Shown here piece after piece: positions 27,378 to 36,503 of a DNA stretch of 64,000 nt. A program made the position numbers and the translations under genes. Position 1 is the stretch's first letter. Each line of letters begins with the position of its first letter. The notes beneath the pieces are model-generated. The model ran no database searches. It was not told where the DNA came from and was given only the letters and a program-made list of their open reading frames with translations. The stretch covers positions 1-64,000 of IMG/VR virus record IMGVR_UViG_3300036715_003906. One strand, 5' to 3'.

Positions 27378-28085
27378 TTACACCGCGAGTTGGGCCCGGG
27401 CAAAGGCACGGGCGAAGCCCTCGGGGGTCACCGACCGCACCTCCTTCGTCCGTTCGCTTTTGCCCCCCAGGGCCATCAGCCACGACCCCTGCGCCGTCGT
27501 GCGGACCAGGGGCACGGGGCGCTTCTCGGGCGGCTGGAAGCACCCCCAGAGCACGGTCCGCTTCGTGTAGGCGTTCGCCCGCTTGACGAGCCCGACGTCC
27601 TCCGATGTCATCTGGTCGTGAGGCGTCGCCCCCAGCACGGCGAGCCGGTCCCGCTCCTCCTCCGTCACGTCCGTCCAGCCCCCGAACTCCCAGGGGTCAA
27701 AGGTGAGCTTCTTCTCCCCGATCTCCGGAGCCAGGCGGGGCAGCCTGCCGATCGGGTTCTCGACGGCCCAGAAGTCAGGCTGGAGGAAGTCCACGGTACG
27801 GAGCACCTGGTAGACCAGCTCGACCGCCCGTGCCGTGGTCCCGTCCTGATCCTTCCTTGCCCAGTGCCCGGCCCCGCTCCGGGAGAAGTCCGTGCAAGGG
27901 GGCGCGGCGAGGAGGCCGTCGATCGTCGGGTACTGCTGGAGGAGCCCTTCCAGAAACCATCGGGCCGACAGCTCCCGGACGTCGTCGCCGAGCTTCAAGT
28001 CCATCTGGACGACGTTCCACCCTGCCTGCTCGAAGGGGAGGCACCAGGCCCCCGAGTGGTCGAAGAGGGACAGGACCGTCTTCAT
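27378..28085 (-). CDS. DNA (cytosine-5)-methyltransferase-like protein (compact phage type)
   Basis: VLSLFD.SG (motif I), AAPPCTDFS (motif IV), VENP (motif VI), YTKRT.LW, RS.TP.GFA. Confidence 0.8.
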   Translation of the reverse strand: MKTVLSLFDHSGAWCLPFEQAGWNVVQMDLKLGDDVRELSARWFLEGLLQQYPTIDGLLAAPPCTDFSRSGAGHWARKDQDGTTARAVELVYQVLRTVDFLQPDFWAVENPIGRLPRLAPEIGEKKLTFDPWEFGGWTDVTEEERDRLAVLGATPHDQMTSEDVGLVKRANAYTKRTVLWGCFQPPEKRPVPLVRTTAQGSWLMALGGKSERTKEVRSVTPEGFARAFARAQLAV

Positions 28086-28285
28086 GCCACCTCGCGCGGC
28101 CGGTAGGCCCCGCACGAGGGGCAGTCCGCCCCCCCGTAGACGTGGCCCTCGCCGCAGCGGGAGCAGCGCTGGGCAGCGAGCCACTCGGACCTCTCCCTCT
28201 GCGTCCGCCGCTTGTTCTTGTACACGGTCCGCTTGGGCCGCTTGCGCCCCCCCGTTGGCCTTGCGCATGCCCCCCGGCTACACCG

Positions 28286-28477
28286 TCACTCCTCGGGCTG
28301 GGCCCGGACGACCTTGTCCCCGACCAGGTCGAGGAAAAGCACGGGCCGAACCCGGCCGATGTCGCTCCTCATGACGGGGCTTCCGTCCCGGGTCGCCACC
28401 ACGGCGTCGTAGCCCCCTTCGGAGGCCCGCCGCTCCGCCATGGACTCGCTCAGGCCGATCCGCTCGTCCGGGGTCAC
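28286..28477 (-). CDS. hypothetical protein
   Basis: GTGA coupling. Confidence 0.4.
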   Translation of the reverse strand: MTPDERIGLSESMAERRASEGGYDAVVATRDGSPVMRSDIGRVRPVLFLDLVGDKVVRAQPEE

Positions 28478-28803
28478 GCGGGCTCCGGGGCGGGGCTGGG
28501 GACCACCACGAAGTGCAGGAGCTTCCCGTCGTCGTCGTACTCCCCCGCGATGCGGTAGCCGGGGGACAGGATGCCGAGGAGCCCGTTGACGACGCCCAGC
28601 GTGCCGAGGAGCGGGCCCCGCGGCCCCTCCATGAGCACCACGGTCGGGTGGTCGAGGAGCGCCGACCCTTCCTCCACCCCCACCCGGTTCTCGACCATCT
28701 TCTCGATCGCCTCGGGCTCCGCCTCCCGGATCTCTTCGAGCAGTCGCCAGGCCGCGTACACGGCCCCCATCTCGGGGGCCGGCGTCACGTAGATGTGTTT
28801 CAT
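28474..28803 (-). CDS. hypothetical protein
   Basis: GGTGTA-10nt-ATG; L..HPTV...G.LGV.NG motif of a phage family. Confidence 0.6.
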   Translation of the reverse strand: MKHIYVTPAPEMGAVYAAWRLLEEIREAEPEAIEKMVENRVGVEEGSALLDHPTVVLMEGPRGPLLGTLGVVNGLLGILSPGYRIAGEYDDDGKLLHFVVVPSPAPEPA

Positions 28804-29499
28804 CCCCCCGCCCTACACCGCTTCGATCTCGGCCACATCGTCGATCCGCACCCGGGGCCCCGTAGGAAGGGCCGCCTCCCCCGGAGGCTGGACCGCAAGA
28901 TCGATCCGTCCTCGTCGAGCGGCGGGGGGTGGAAGGGGCCGAGCGGTCGCCCTTTTGCGACGGAGGCCCCGCTGCGGCCCGGGAGCACCTCCTGGAGCGA
29001 CTCCGCCCCTGGGCCCGGATGCTCGCCCTCCGGTTCGGGGCCCCGGTCTATCTCGTCGGCTCGGCTCTTGAGCTTGTCGACCCCCGGGACGTAGACGTCC
29101 GTGTCCTCGTCCGCGAGGAGGACTTCAAGGCTAGGTACGGCGATCCGGAAGAGTGGCGCCGGGCCCAGGGGTGGCCCGGCCCTCCTCCTTGACATGATCC
29201 ATGAGCCGCGAGACCAGGCGGAAGGCGGTGACGTGGATGTCTTCGATCGGCTTCGGGGTGAGCGTCATCCCCCAGGGCTACACCGCGAAGTCCGCTCCCT
29301 TCGGCGTCTTCCCGGACGTTCTGGAGGACGCCCCCGACGAGGTCCGCGTAGAGCACGGGCCCGAACCAGGCCACGTCGTTGAGCGGCATCCGCCGGCCCT
29401 CCCAGGGCACGATGTGGAGGTAGCCCCCGAGGGCCCGCAGCCGCACCACGGCCTCCTCGACGTGCAGGCCGTTCAGGCCGGCCAGGAACTCGGGGGGCA

Positions 29500-30630
29500 T
29501 CAGACGGCCACCTTGAACGCGATGGCCTGGTGGGGATCATAGCCCTCCAGCCGGAAGAGCGACATGATCTGCTCGGTCGTCACCTCGGGGGCCATGAGGG
29601 CCTCGATGTCGGCCAGGGTCTTGATCGTGTCGGAGATCACGAGCTTCGGGAGGGGGCGCGGTTCGCGGGTGATCTGTTCTTTCAGCCCGGGGATGTGGTC
29701 GAACTCGGCCATGCTCCCGTCGGGCTTTGCGCAATAGATGTGGGCGTCGACCAGGGTGTGGGCGAAGATACCCGGCTCGATACCGACGAAGCGCGAGAAC
29801 AAGTGCAAGAGCAGCCCGTAGCTCGCGATGTTGTACGGCACGCCCAGGGCGACGTCGCATGACCTCTGGGTCAGGTGCAGGCAGAGCTGCTTGCGGGCGG
29901 CGTGATGCGTGACATCATCCGTCGCCGTCCAACCCAGACCTTCATCGTCATTGTCCCCCACGTCACCGTACTTCCGGAGGAACGGGGCCAGGGCGAGGTT
30001 CAGCTCGTTCTCGCTCGCGGCCTCGTCCGCTTCGTTGGTGATGACCCGCAGGTCGATCTCACCCACCGGTTGACGCTTCCAGAGCACCTTGCACTTCACC
30101 GTGTCGTAGGCTTTGGCGTTTTGCACGTTCAGGATGAACATGCAGTGACACGGGGGCAGCTTGGACGTCTGGGCGTTGCCCGGAGCCCAGGCCGAGACGA
30201 CGAGCCGGCGCGACATGGGCAACCTGTTCAGCTCGTCGATGGCCCACTGGATCTGATCGTTGTGGGCGACGGCCGCGCCCTTGAACTCGCCGTCCTCCCC
30301 GTACACGGTGGGCTTGTGGACCGGGAACTCCCGCCAGAAGTTGCCGTAGGCGCTCGGGACCTTGCCCGTCTCCGTATCCGCCCAGGCGTCCCAGAACTTG
30401 CAGCCGTGGCGCTTGAGGATGGCGATGTCGGTCTGGCCCGACAGGAACCAGAGCATCTCGATGACGATGTTCTTCCACGAGATGGATTTGGTGGTCAGAA
30501 GCGGGAAGCCCTCCCGCATGCCGATCTCGTAGTTGTAGTTGAACGTGCTCAGGGTATCGACCCCGGTTCGGTTCTCTTTCCGCTGTCCGTGTTCGAGGAC
30601 GTGGGCGACGAGCTGCTGGTAGGTTCGCAT
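29500..30630 (-). CDS. thyA: thymidylate synthase ThyA with a 79-aa loop
   Basis: NRTGVDT, FPLLTTK, SRRLVVSAW, LPPCH, QRSCD.LGVPYNIASY, DAHIY. Confidence 0.95.
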   Translation of the reverse strand: MRTYQQLVAHVLEHGQRKENRTGVDTLSTFNYNYEIGMREGFPLLTTKSISWKNIVIEMLWFLSGQTDIAILKRHGCKFWDAWADTETGKVPSAYGNFWREFPVHKPTVYGEDGEFKGAAVAHNDQIQWAIDELNRLPMSRRLVVSAWAPGNAQTSKLPPCHCMFILNVQNAKAYDTVKCKVLWKRQPVGEIDLRVITNEADEAASENELNLALAPFLRKYGDVGDNDDEGLGWTATDDVTHHAARKQLCLHLTQRSCDVALGVPYNIASYGLLLHLFSRFVGIEPGIFAHTLVDAHIYCAKPDGSMAEFDHIPGLKEQITREPRPLPKLVISDTIKTLADIEALMAPEVTTEQIMSLFRLEGYDPHQAIAFKVAV

Positions 30631-30666
30631 GGGGGTTCTTTCTGGGTTTGGATGTGAGGGGAGAGG

Positions 30667-31323
30667 TCAGAAACAGCCGCGGCCCTTGCGCTTCTCGGCC
30701 TTCGCCAGCGGGAGGAGCTTCTCCTCGGCGAACGCCTTGAGGGCGGGGAGGTCGGCCAGCTCGGGCTGGTGGTTCTCGATGTACAGGAGATCCCCCAGGC
30801 GCCGCTGGACCTCCGCTCGCATGGCCTCCCGGTCGCCCCCGAACACGGGGGCAAGGATCGTGCCCGAGGGCATGGGGCAGTAGGCGTCGGGGTTTAGGGG
30901 CCGCGGCAGCACAGGGGCGAGGACGTCGTTCAGGTAGGCCGCCGTCATCCACACGGGGGCGCGGTTGACCTCGGGGGGCCGTTCCTCGAGGAGCGCCGTG
31001 AGGTAGACGCCGAGCATCTCCAGCGCGTAGTCGAGGGACCCGATCCAGTACGCCCGGGGCCGCTCCCGGGGCGTGAAGACCTCCTCGGACGTCCACCGGG
31101 GTCGGGGGTAGCCGTCGGGCCAGGGGATGACCTCCAGGAACTCCGTCTTGCGGCGGACGAAGGGCACGGCGTCCGCGTCGTCCTTGTCATCCTCCTTGAC
31201 GTAGACGACCATCCTCTCGTCGTTCGCGTCGTTCGCGTCGTTCGTCGTGTTGATCGCCTCCCCCCGGACCCAGTATTTGGGCCCCCGGTAGTGGCGGTAA
31301 AGACCCGGCTTGATTCCCGTCAT
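30667..31323 (-). CDS. DUF1653-domain protein
   Basis: GLYRHYRG.Y.V..A....E.MVVY...FVR...FLE; GGTGTA-11nt-ATG. Confidence 0.7.
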   Translation of the reverse strand: MTGIKPGLYRHYRGPKYWVRGEAINTTNDANDANDERMVVYVKEDDKDDADAVPFVRRKTEFLEVIPWPDGYPRPRWTSEEVFTPRERPRAYWIGSLDYALEMLGVYLTALLEERPPEVNRAPVWMTAAYLNDVLAPVLPRPLNPDAYCPMPSGTILAPVFGGDREAMRAEVQRRLGDLLYIENHQPELADLPALKAFAEEKLLPLAKAEKRKGRGCF

Positions 31324-31495
31324 GGGGAGCCGGATACACCGGCCGTTTCTCGGCGCGCTTCTCCTTGGTCTCCGCGGCCGAGAGGCACCGTCGGACCACC
31401 TCGGAGAACGAGACCCCGAGCTTCTCCGCTTGCTTCTCCGCCCAGGCCACATTCGGCCCGGAGAGCGCCACGGAGACCTTCTTCACTTTCTTCAT
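31187..31495 (-). CDS. ribbon-helix-helix (CopG-like) DNA-binding protein
   Basis: KVSVALS...W.EKQAEKLGVSFSEVVRRCL. Confidence 0.6.
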   Translation of the reverse strand: MKKVKKVSVALSGPNVAWAEKQAEKLGVSFSEVVRRCLSAAETKEKRAEKRPVYPAPHDGNQAGSLPPLPGAQILGPGGGDQHDERRERRERREDGRLRQGG

Positions 31496-32046
31496 AGCCC
31501 CTCGAGGTGCGTCATGACCTCGGCCCACGATCGGGTCCGATGCCCCACCCGGGCCGAGTCGTTGTACGGCTGGTGCCAGAGCAGGGGCAGGCCCTTCAGG
31601 TGATGCTCGGCCCACGACGCGATGTTATCGGGGTTGTCGTCGATGAGCACGTCGCCCGCCACCAGGAACTTCGCCGAGGTGTGGACGATCCGGCTCCGGG
31701 GGATGCCGAAGTGCTCGTGCAGCCACTCATCCCGCTCATTGGCCCAGTGGGCCGTGGGCATCGGGGCCGTCACGATGTAGGGGTCGGCCCGGAAGGCGAG
31801 GGCGCGGTAGCCCTCCTTGGCCCCCGCGTAGATCGGGATGTTCCGACACCACCCCTTCTCGCCACACGCCCGGATAAAGGCCGGTTCATGGGCCTTGTCG
31901 AACCGGTCGAACATAGGCCACTCGGTCTGGTCCTCGGGCCGGTGGTTCGTCCGGCCGAGGTAGTTCAGGAGGGCGTAGGCCGGGGTCAGAAAATCAGCGA
32001 GGACCCCATCGACGTCGAGCAGCACCCGGGGCTTTCGGTTTCTCAT
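31492..32046 (-). CDS. 5'(3')-deoxyribonucleotidase (HAD, NT5C family)
   Basis: LDVDGVLADF, IVTAP, WL.EHF, K..V.GDVLIDD, PYN. Confidence 0.88.
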   Translation of the reverse strand: MRNRKPRVLLDVDGVLADFLTPAYALLNYLGRTNHRPEDQTEWPMFDRFDKAHEPAFIRACGEKGWCRNIPIYAGAKEGYRALAFRADPYIVTAPMPTAHWANERDEWLHEHFGIPRSRIVHTSAKFLVAGDVLIDDNPDNIASWAEHHLKGLPLLWHQPYNDSARVGHRTRSWAEVMTHLEGL

Positions 32047-32054
32047 GACCCTCT

Positions 32055-32270
32055 TTACACCGGGAAGAAGCCCTCCAGCACGTCGAAGGCCGCGAGTTCC
32101 TCGGCCGTGGCCTTCCGTACCTTCCCGGCGTCGACCATCCCCGCCACCATCTCATCCACCTGCGCGATCGACAGGCAGGAGCCGAGGTGCATCGTCAGCG
32201 GCCCGAGGAGCGTGGGCCGCGGGGCCCGACTCCTCATGTACTCCGCGATCTCCGCCCGAACGTCCTTCAT
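32055..32270 (-). CDS. small hypothetical protein
   Basis: ATGA coupling; ends PV* within a GGTGTAA element. Confidence 0.5.
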   Translation of the reverse strand: MKDVRAEIAEYMRSRAPRPTLLGPLTMHLGSCLSIAQVDEMVAGMVDAGKVRKATAEELAAFDVLEGFFPV

Positions 32271-32504
32271 GACTCGCTCCCGTGAGGACGTCGCCCGCCT
32301 CGAGCAGCACCTGATCGTCCACCAGGACGGGGGTGTGGTCGTCGAGCGCCGTACACCTGCGGATCACTACACCCCTGGCCTCCAGCTCACCCCGGAAGCC
32401 GTCGATGTCCCCCGTCGTGGTCGTGAAGACGTTGAGCCCCCGGTCGAGCAAGACGCGGCGATGGGCCACCATCTCGGGGGCCCAGACCTCGATCGAGTAG
32501 TGCC

Positions 32505-32717
32505 TCACGAGACCCGACCGCCAAAGCCGAGGTCGACCCCATAGGCGGCGACCATGCGCTGCGAAAGGGACCCGAGAAGGATCATCTTCGACGGCGGGAC
32601 GTCGTCGTACAGATCACTGCCGGCCGTCTGGACCGTGTAGGTCTGGGCGCCGCTGTTGTAGTCGTTGATCTCGACGACAGCCGCGCGAAAGGGCGAAGAG
32701 GAGGGGATCGTGGTCAT
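32505..32717 (-). CDS. hypothetical protein (possibly one gene with the upstream ORF)
   Basis: ATGA overlap with the IPT-like ORF. Confidence 0.4.
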   Translation of the reverse strand: MTTIPSSSPFRAAVVEINDYNSGAQTYTVQTAGSDLYDDVPPSKMILLGSLSQRMVAAYGVDLGFGGRVS

Positions 32718-33073
32718 TGGAGGGTTCCTTGCGTACCGGGCAACAGCACGACCCTGGTCCCCCCGGCGAGGGAGACCAGGGGAGTCGGATCAGCCGCCAG
32801 GATAGCAAACGACGCCGACCGCGCCCCCACTCCCTGATCGCTCGACACCTGGACAGCGAAGAAGCCAGTCTGACCCACGGGGGCCGTGTCGGGGATGGAG
32901 GCGACGATCTGCGTGGCCCCCCACGAGACGATCGTCGCCTTCACCGTCGCCCCGTCCGTGGTCGGGTAGAACAGGACGACGGAGGTCCCTTGCGAGGCCC
33001 CGAAGCCCGTCCCCCCGAGCGTGGCGTTCGCCCCCAGCTTCCCCGTCGTCGTGGTGCTCGAAATCGTCGACAT
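32714..33073 (-). CDS. IPT/TIG-like Ig-fold protein
   Basis: TLGGTGFGASQG..V.F....A.IVSW..TQIVA.IP. Confidence 0.65.
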   Translation of the reverse strand: MSTISSTTTTGKLGANATLGGTGFGASQGTSVVLFYPTTDGATVKATIVSWGATQIVASIPDTAPVGQTGFFAVQVSSDQGVGARSASFAILAADPTPLVSLAGGTRVVLLPGTQGTLQ

Positions 33074-33097
33074 CGACACCCCGGGGGCATCAATGGG

Positions 33098-34201
33098 CTA
33101 GCGGACGATAGCCACCGCCGGGTCGACGACTACCTCGGGCACGTCGAGGGGCGCGAGGTGCTCCGTGCTGTAGCCGACGATCACCTCGACCGCGGCCCGG
33201 ATCTCCCACCGGTCGAACCACTCCCGGGTCTCGACCTCCCAGGGGGATAGGACCTCGAGGACCACGGCCCCTCGCCGCAGGCCCGTGGCTTGCCCCCGGT
33301 CGAGGGGGTAGAGGGCCCGGGCTCCCCGGGGCGGGAGAAGGGGCGCCTGCCCCGGGGAGGCGAGCCACACGTCGAAGTCCTCGGGGGGCTGGCGGGTCTC
33401 GCCCCGCACCACCTCCCCGAGAACGCAGACGAGGTCCCGGAGGAGACCGTGGCCCAGGGCAAGCCCGAGGCCCACGCGGGGGTCGTAGCGGAGGCTCGTG
33501 GCGTCCATGTCCTGGATGCCGCGGACGATGTGCGCGTTCAGGAGGGCCCGGCGGAGGGTGAGATCCGGCCCCGGGGGCCCGAAGACCAGGGCGTCGAGCA
33601 GCCCCCGGCCCGAGCCCTGGATCTGGGCCCACCACCCGGGGGCATCCGCCCGGAGATGGGCCCCGATGTCCTGCCGGCCCTGGCGGGTGACCACGTCGAG
33701 GCGCCGGTCCCCCTCGGTAAACTGGAGGGGCGTCATCACCAGGCGGTCCATCGCCCGGAGGAGCTGAGCCGTCTCCCGGTGCCCCTCGATGATGTGTGCG
33801 GTGAGGTCCGCTTCCAGCTCCGGGATGAGCCGGGGGAGGGGGCGGACCATCGTTCCGTCCGTACGGGGCACCGCGGGCGGCTGCCAGAGGTCCTCGTCGG
33901 TCACCCGACCGAGACAGGTCCCCGTCTGCGAGCAGACGATGACGATGCCGTCGCCCACCTGGACGAACTCGTCGGCCAGGTAGCGGGCCACCTCGGCCGC
34001 CGTCTCCAGAGGCCCCAGGAGGGGCACGAGGACCCCTGCCAGGCGCTCCGCATCCCACCCCCCCGCTCGGGCCTCAAGGAAGGCCGTCCGGAGAGGCGCC
34101 TCGTGGGCGATCCGGGCACGGGTGTGCAGGAGGTCGGTCGGCAGGGGACGAGCCCCCGTCGTGACCTGAAACCCCCGGACCCGGTCGAGCGCGTCAGCCA
34201 T
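33098..34201 (-). CDS. hypothetical protein
   Basis: ATG 34201 overlaps the end of the AAA gene; long GC3-biased ORF. Confidence 0.6.
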   Translation of the reverse strand: MADALDRVRGFQVTTGARPLPTDLLHTRARIAHEAPLRTAFLEARAGGWDAERLAGVLVPLLGPLETAAEVARYLADEFVQVGDGIVIVCSQTGTCLGRVTDEDLWQPPAVPRTDGTMVRPLPRLIPELEADLTAHIIEGHRETAQLLRAMDRLVMTPLQFTEGDRRLDVVTRQGRQDIGAHLRADAPGWWAQIQGSGRGLLDALVFGPPGPDLTLRRALLNAHIVRGIQDMDATSLRYDPRVGLGLALGHGLLRDLVCVLGEVVRGETRQPPEDFDVWLASPGQAPLLPPRGARALYPLDRGQATGLRRGAVVLEVLSPWEVETREWFDRWEIRAAVEVIVGYSTEHLAPLDVPEVVVDPAVAIVR

Positions 34202-35780
34202 TGCCCCCGCCGTGAACCTGCAAGGCACCTTCCCGATCCGGGTCACTCGCAAACCGGGCCCGAATCCCGTCGCCCGCCTCGGGATCGTAACCGACCCAGT
34301 CGACGATCTCCTTGATCTCGTCGGCCATGGTCTTGAGGAGGCGGGGCTTGCTCGCCAGGGCCGCCCCGAGGATGTCCTCGTCGAGCCCGTCCTTCTTCTC
34401 GACGAAGGACTTGACCATGGCGTCCCGGATGGCCTGCTCGATCTCGCGACCGACCAGCCCCCGGCCCTTGCTCGACAGCTCCGCCAGGTTGAAGGTCGCG
34501 ACCTTCTGGCGCCGCTTCGCCAGGTGGATCTTGAGGATGTCGACCCGGTCGCTCTCCGACGGGATGTCGAAGAAGAAGCGTTCGTCCATGCGGTTGACGA
34601 ACTCCACCGGGAGGCCCTTGAGGCTGTTCGCCGTCATGGCCAGGCAGACCTTCGCCTGGGTCTCCTGGAGCCAGGTCGACAGGATGCCGATCATACGGCT
34701 GGTGGTGCCCGCGTCCGACTGGCCCGAGGAGGCGTTGCCGGACAGGGACTTCTCGGCCTCGTCCATCCAGACGATGCAGGGGGCGATGGCTTCGATGACG
34801 CGGATCGCCCGGTAGACGGCCGCCTCCGACTCCCCGACGCCCGAGGACCGGAGCCGACCCATTTCGAGCTGGACGACCGGCAGGCCCCACGCGGACCCCA
34901 TCGCCTTGACGCTGAGGCTCTTACCGCAGCCCCAGACGCCCACGCACAGCACTCCCTTGGGGGGCGTCAGGCCGAACTTGGCCCCCGCGTCGGACCACGT
35001 CGCCTGCGTCTCCTTCACCCACGCCTTGAACCGCCCGGCCCCGCCCACCTGGTCGAAGGAGAAGGCGCTCACGTCCACGTTCGACACGAGGTCGGTCTTG
35101 GCGATCTGGGCCTGCCGGAAGTCACGGATGATCTTCGGGTCGATGCGCTTGCCGCCCCCTGCCTCGTCCTTCTTGGTCGCCACCACCGACGCCCGGATGG
35201 CCTGGTCGATCTCGTAGGACGTCATTCCGCGGAACAGGTCCGCGATGCCCGTCGGGGTCTTCGTGAGCCGCAGGTTCGTCGCCGTGGTCTCGACCACGCC
35301 CATGGTCTCCTCGGGGGAGAGGCCCTTGTCGTGGATGACCTGGATGTACCGGGAGAGCTTCTCCGGGATGACCTTCCGGGCCCCGACGAAGATGATGACC
35401 TTGACCCGCCGGGCGTCGTTGTGGAGCTGGTGGGCGATGTTCATGAACCGCCGCACGACGTGGGGGTCGTTCAGCCAGCGTTCCGGATCGGTCACGACGT
35501 AGAAGTGCTGCTTGTCCCCCGTCGCTTCCTTGTAGATCTTGTCGAGGGTGTCGTGGATCGACACGGTCCCGGAATCCACCGGCGCCGCCCCCTGCTTCCA
35601 CTCCCCGATGTACGCGGGCAAGGGCAGGAGGCCGAGCGTCGCGTTGTACACGGACACCCGATCGGCGTGCTCGCTCAAGGCCGCCCGGAGGTCGATGAGG
35701 AACTTGTCCTCCTCGTCCGTGACGAAGTACAAAAACGAGGCCAGGTGCTTCAGGCGGAAGAACATCTCTTCGTTGATCAT
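34194..35780 (-). CDS. Ycf46-like AAA+ ATPase
   Basis: Inactive N-terminal AAA-like domain (T.EE), then PKGVLCVGVWGCGKSL, VGESE, WMDEAEK, TWLQE, TAN...LP.E..R.DE.FF; GGTGTA-9nt-ATG. Confidence 0.85.
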   Translation of the reverse strand: MINEEMFFRLKHLASFLYFVTDEEDKFLIDLRAALSEHADRVSVYNATLGLLPLPAYIGEWKQGAAPVDSGTVSIHDTLDKIYKEATGDKQHFYVVTDPERWLNDPHVVRRFMNIAHQLHNDARRVKVIIFVGARKVIPEKLSRYIQVIHDKGLSPEETMGVVETTATNLRLTKTPTGIADLFRGMTSYEIDQAIRASVVATKKDEAGGGKRIDPKIIRDFRQAQIAKTDLVSNVDVSAFSFDQVGGAGRFKAWVKETQATWSDAGAKFGLTPPKGVLCVGVWGCGKSLSVKAMGSAWGLPVVQLEMGRLRSSGVGESEAAVYRAIRVIEAIAPCIVWMDEAEKSLSGNASSGQSDAGTTSRMIGILSTWLQETQAKVCLAMTANSLKGLPVEFVNRMDERFFFDIPSESDRVDILKIHLAKRRQKVATFNLAELSSKGRGLVGREIEQAIRDAMVKSFVEKKDGLDEDILGAALASKPRLLKTMADEIKEIVDWVGYDPEAGDGIRARFASDPDREGALQVHGGGNG

Positions 35781-35823
35781 GACGGTCCTTACACCACCCG
35801 GGGAACGGGCAGTGGAGCTAACG

Positions 35824-35853
35824 AAAAAGCCCCCGCGGGTCACGCGAGGGCTT
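35824..35853 (-). terminator. intrinsic terminator after the DUF1257-like gene
   Basis: AAGCCCTCGCG-TGACC-CGCGGGGGCTTTTT on the minus strand. Confidence 0.65.
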
Positions 35854-35922
35854 GGGGCAGACGGGATGAAACGATGCCCCCGCCCCCCGTTATCGTGGGG
35901 GACAGGGACACCGTTCGGGCAC

Positions 35923-36252
35923 TCAGCCCATGGCGCAGGCGAGGAGGATGTCGCCGGTCTTGGCGTCGGTCGTCTCCGACTCGATCATGATCCCCTGCTT
36001 GGACATCTCGGCCTTCGCCTTGGCGACCGAGTACCCCTGGCGGAGCGCGCCGAGGACGGTCTCCGTGTGGCCGTGGTCGGTGTCGCCCGACACGGCGCCG
36101 GAACGCAGGTCGAGGAGGGCGTTCTTGAGCGCCCCCGAGGTGAAGTTCACGGTGTTGCCGCTCACCGTGAAGGTGATGCCCGCCTTCTTGGCGGCGGACG
36201 TGACGTGGGCGATGTCCTTCATATCCGTGCGGGTCGTAACGCGGTGGCTCAT
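35923..36252 (-). CDS. DUF1257-like protein
   Basis: MSH..T.T..KD...A....G; GD.D...L.Q.Y.......QG....E.....G.I.L pattern; strong SD. Confidence 0.65.
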   Translation of the reverse strand: MSHRVTTRTDMKDIAHVTSAAKKAGITFTVSGNTVNFTSGALKNALLDLRSGAVSGDTDHGHTETVLGALRQGYSVAKAKAEMSKQGIMIESETTDAKTGDILLACAMG

Positions 36253-36314
36253 GGTCTTTGCTCTCCTGGGGGGGGTTATCTTCCCGATCGTAGAAACGGC
36301 TCGGGCGAGGGGTA

Positions 36315-36503
36315 TCAGACAGACTTCTCGTGGACCGTGTCGGGGCGGTTGTCGGGCAGGCTCTCGTCCGACATCTGCTTCCCGATGCTGTTGGTGACCT
36401 TGTACACGGCATCGCAAAGGTGCTGACCGCGGTCAACGACCTCGGTGATCACCGTGCCATCCTTCTTGATCCGCATCACGAACTTCATCGACTCGTTGCT
36501 CAT
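36315..36503 (-). CDS. DUF2997-like small protein
   Basis: RIKKDGTV..EV...G..C...T..IG pattern; position next to DUF1257 and Ycf46. Confidence 0.65.
   Translation of the reverse strand: MSNESMKFVMRIKKDGTVITEVVDRGQHLCDAVYKVTNSIGKQMSDESLPDNRPDTVHEKSV

Noticed and set aside
29500-30630. ThyA homolog as a dCMP hydroxymethylase for DNA hypermodification
   Set aside because: It retains the dUMP-specifying Asn (PYNIASY) and is accompanied by DHFR, as expected for a canonical thymidylate synthase.
31218-31246. 9-bp tandem repeat (NDA x3) and the 12-bp GPLS repeat at about 42828-42856
   Set aside because: Short in-frame slippage repeats in loops, with no sign of phase variation.
33098-34201. Possible degenerate major-capsid paralog
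   Set aside because: Only a vague resemblance in one short segment. It cannot be supported without a profile or structure search.
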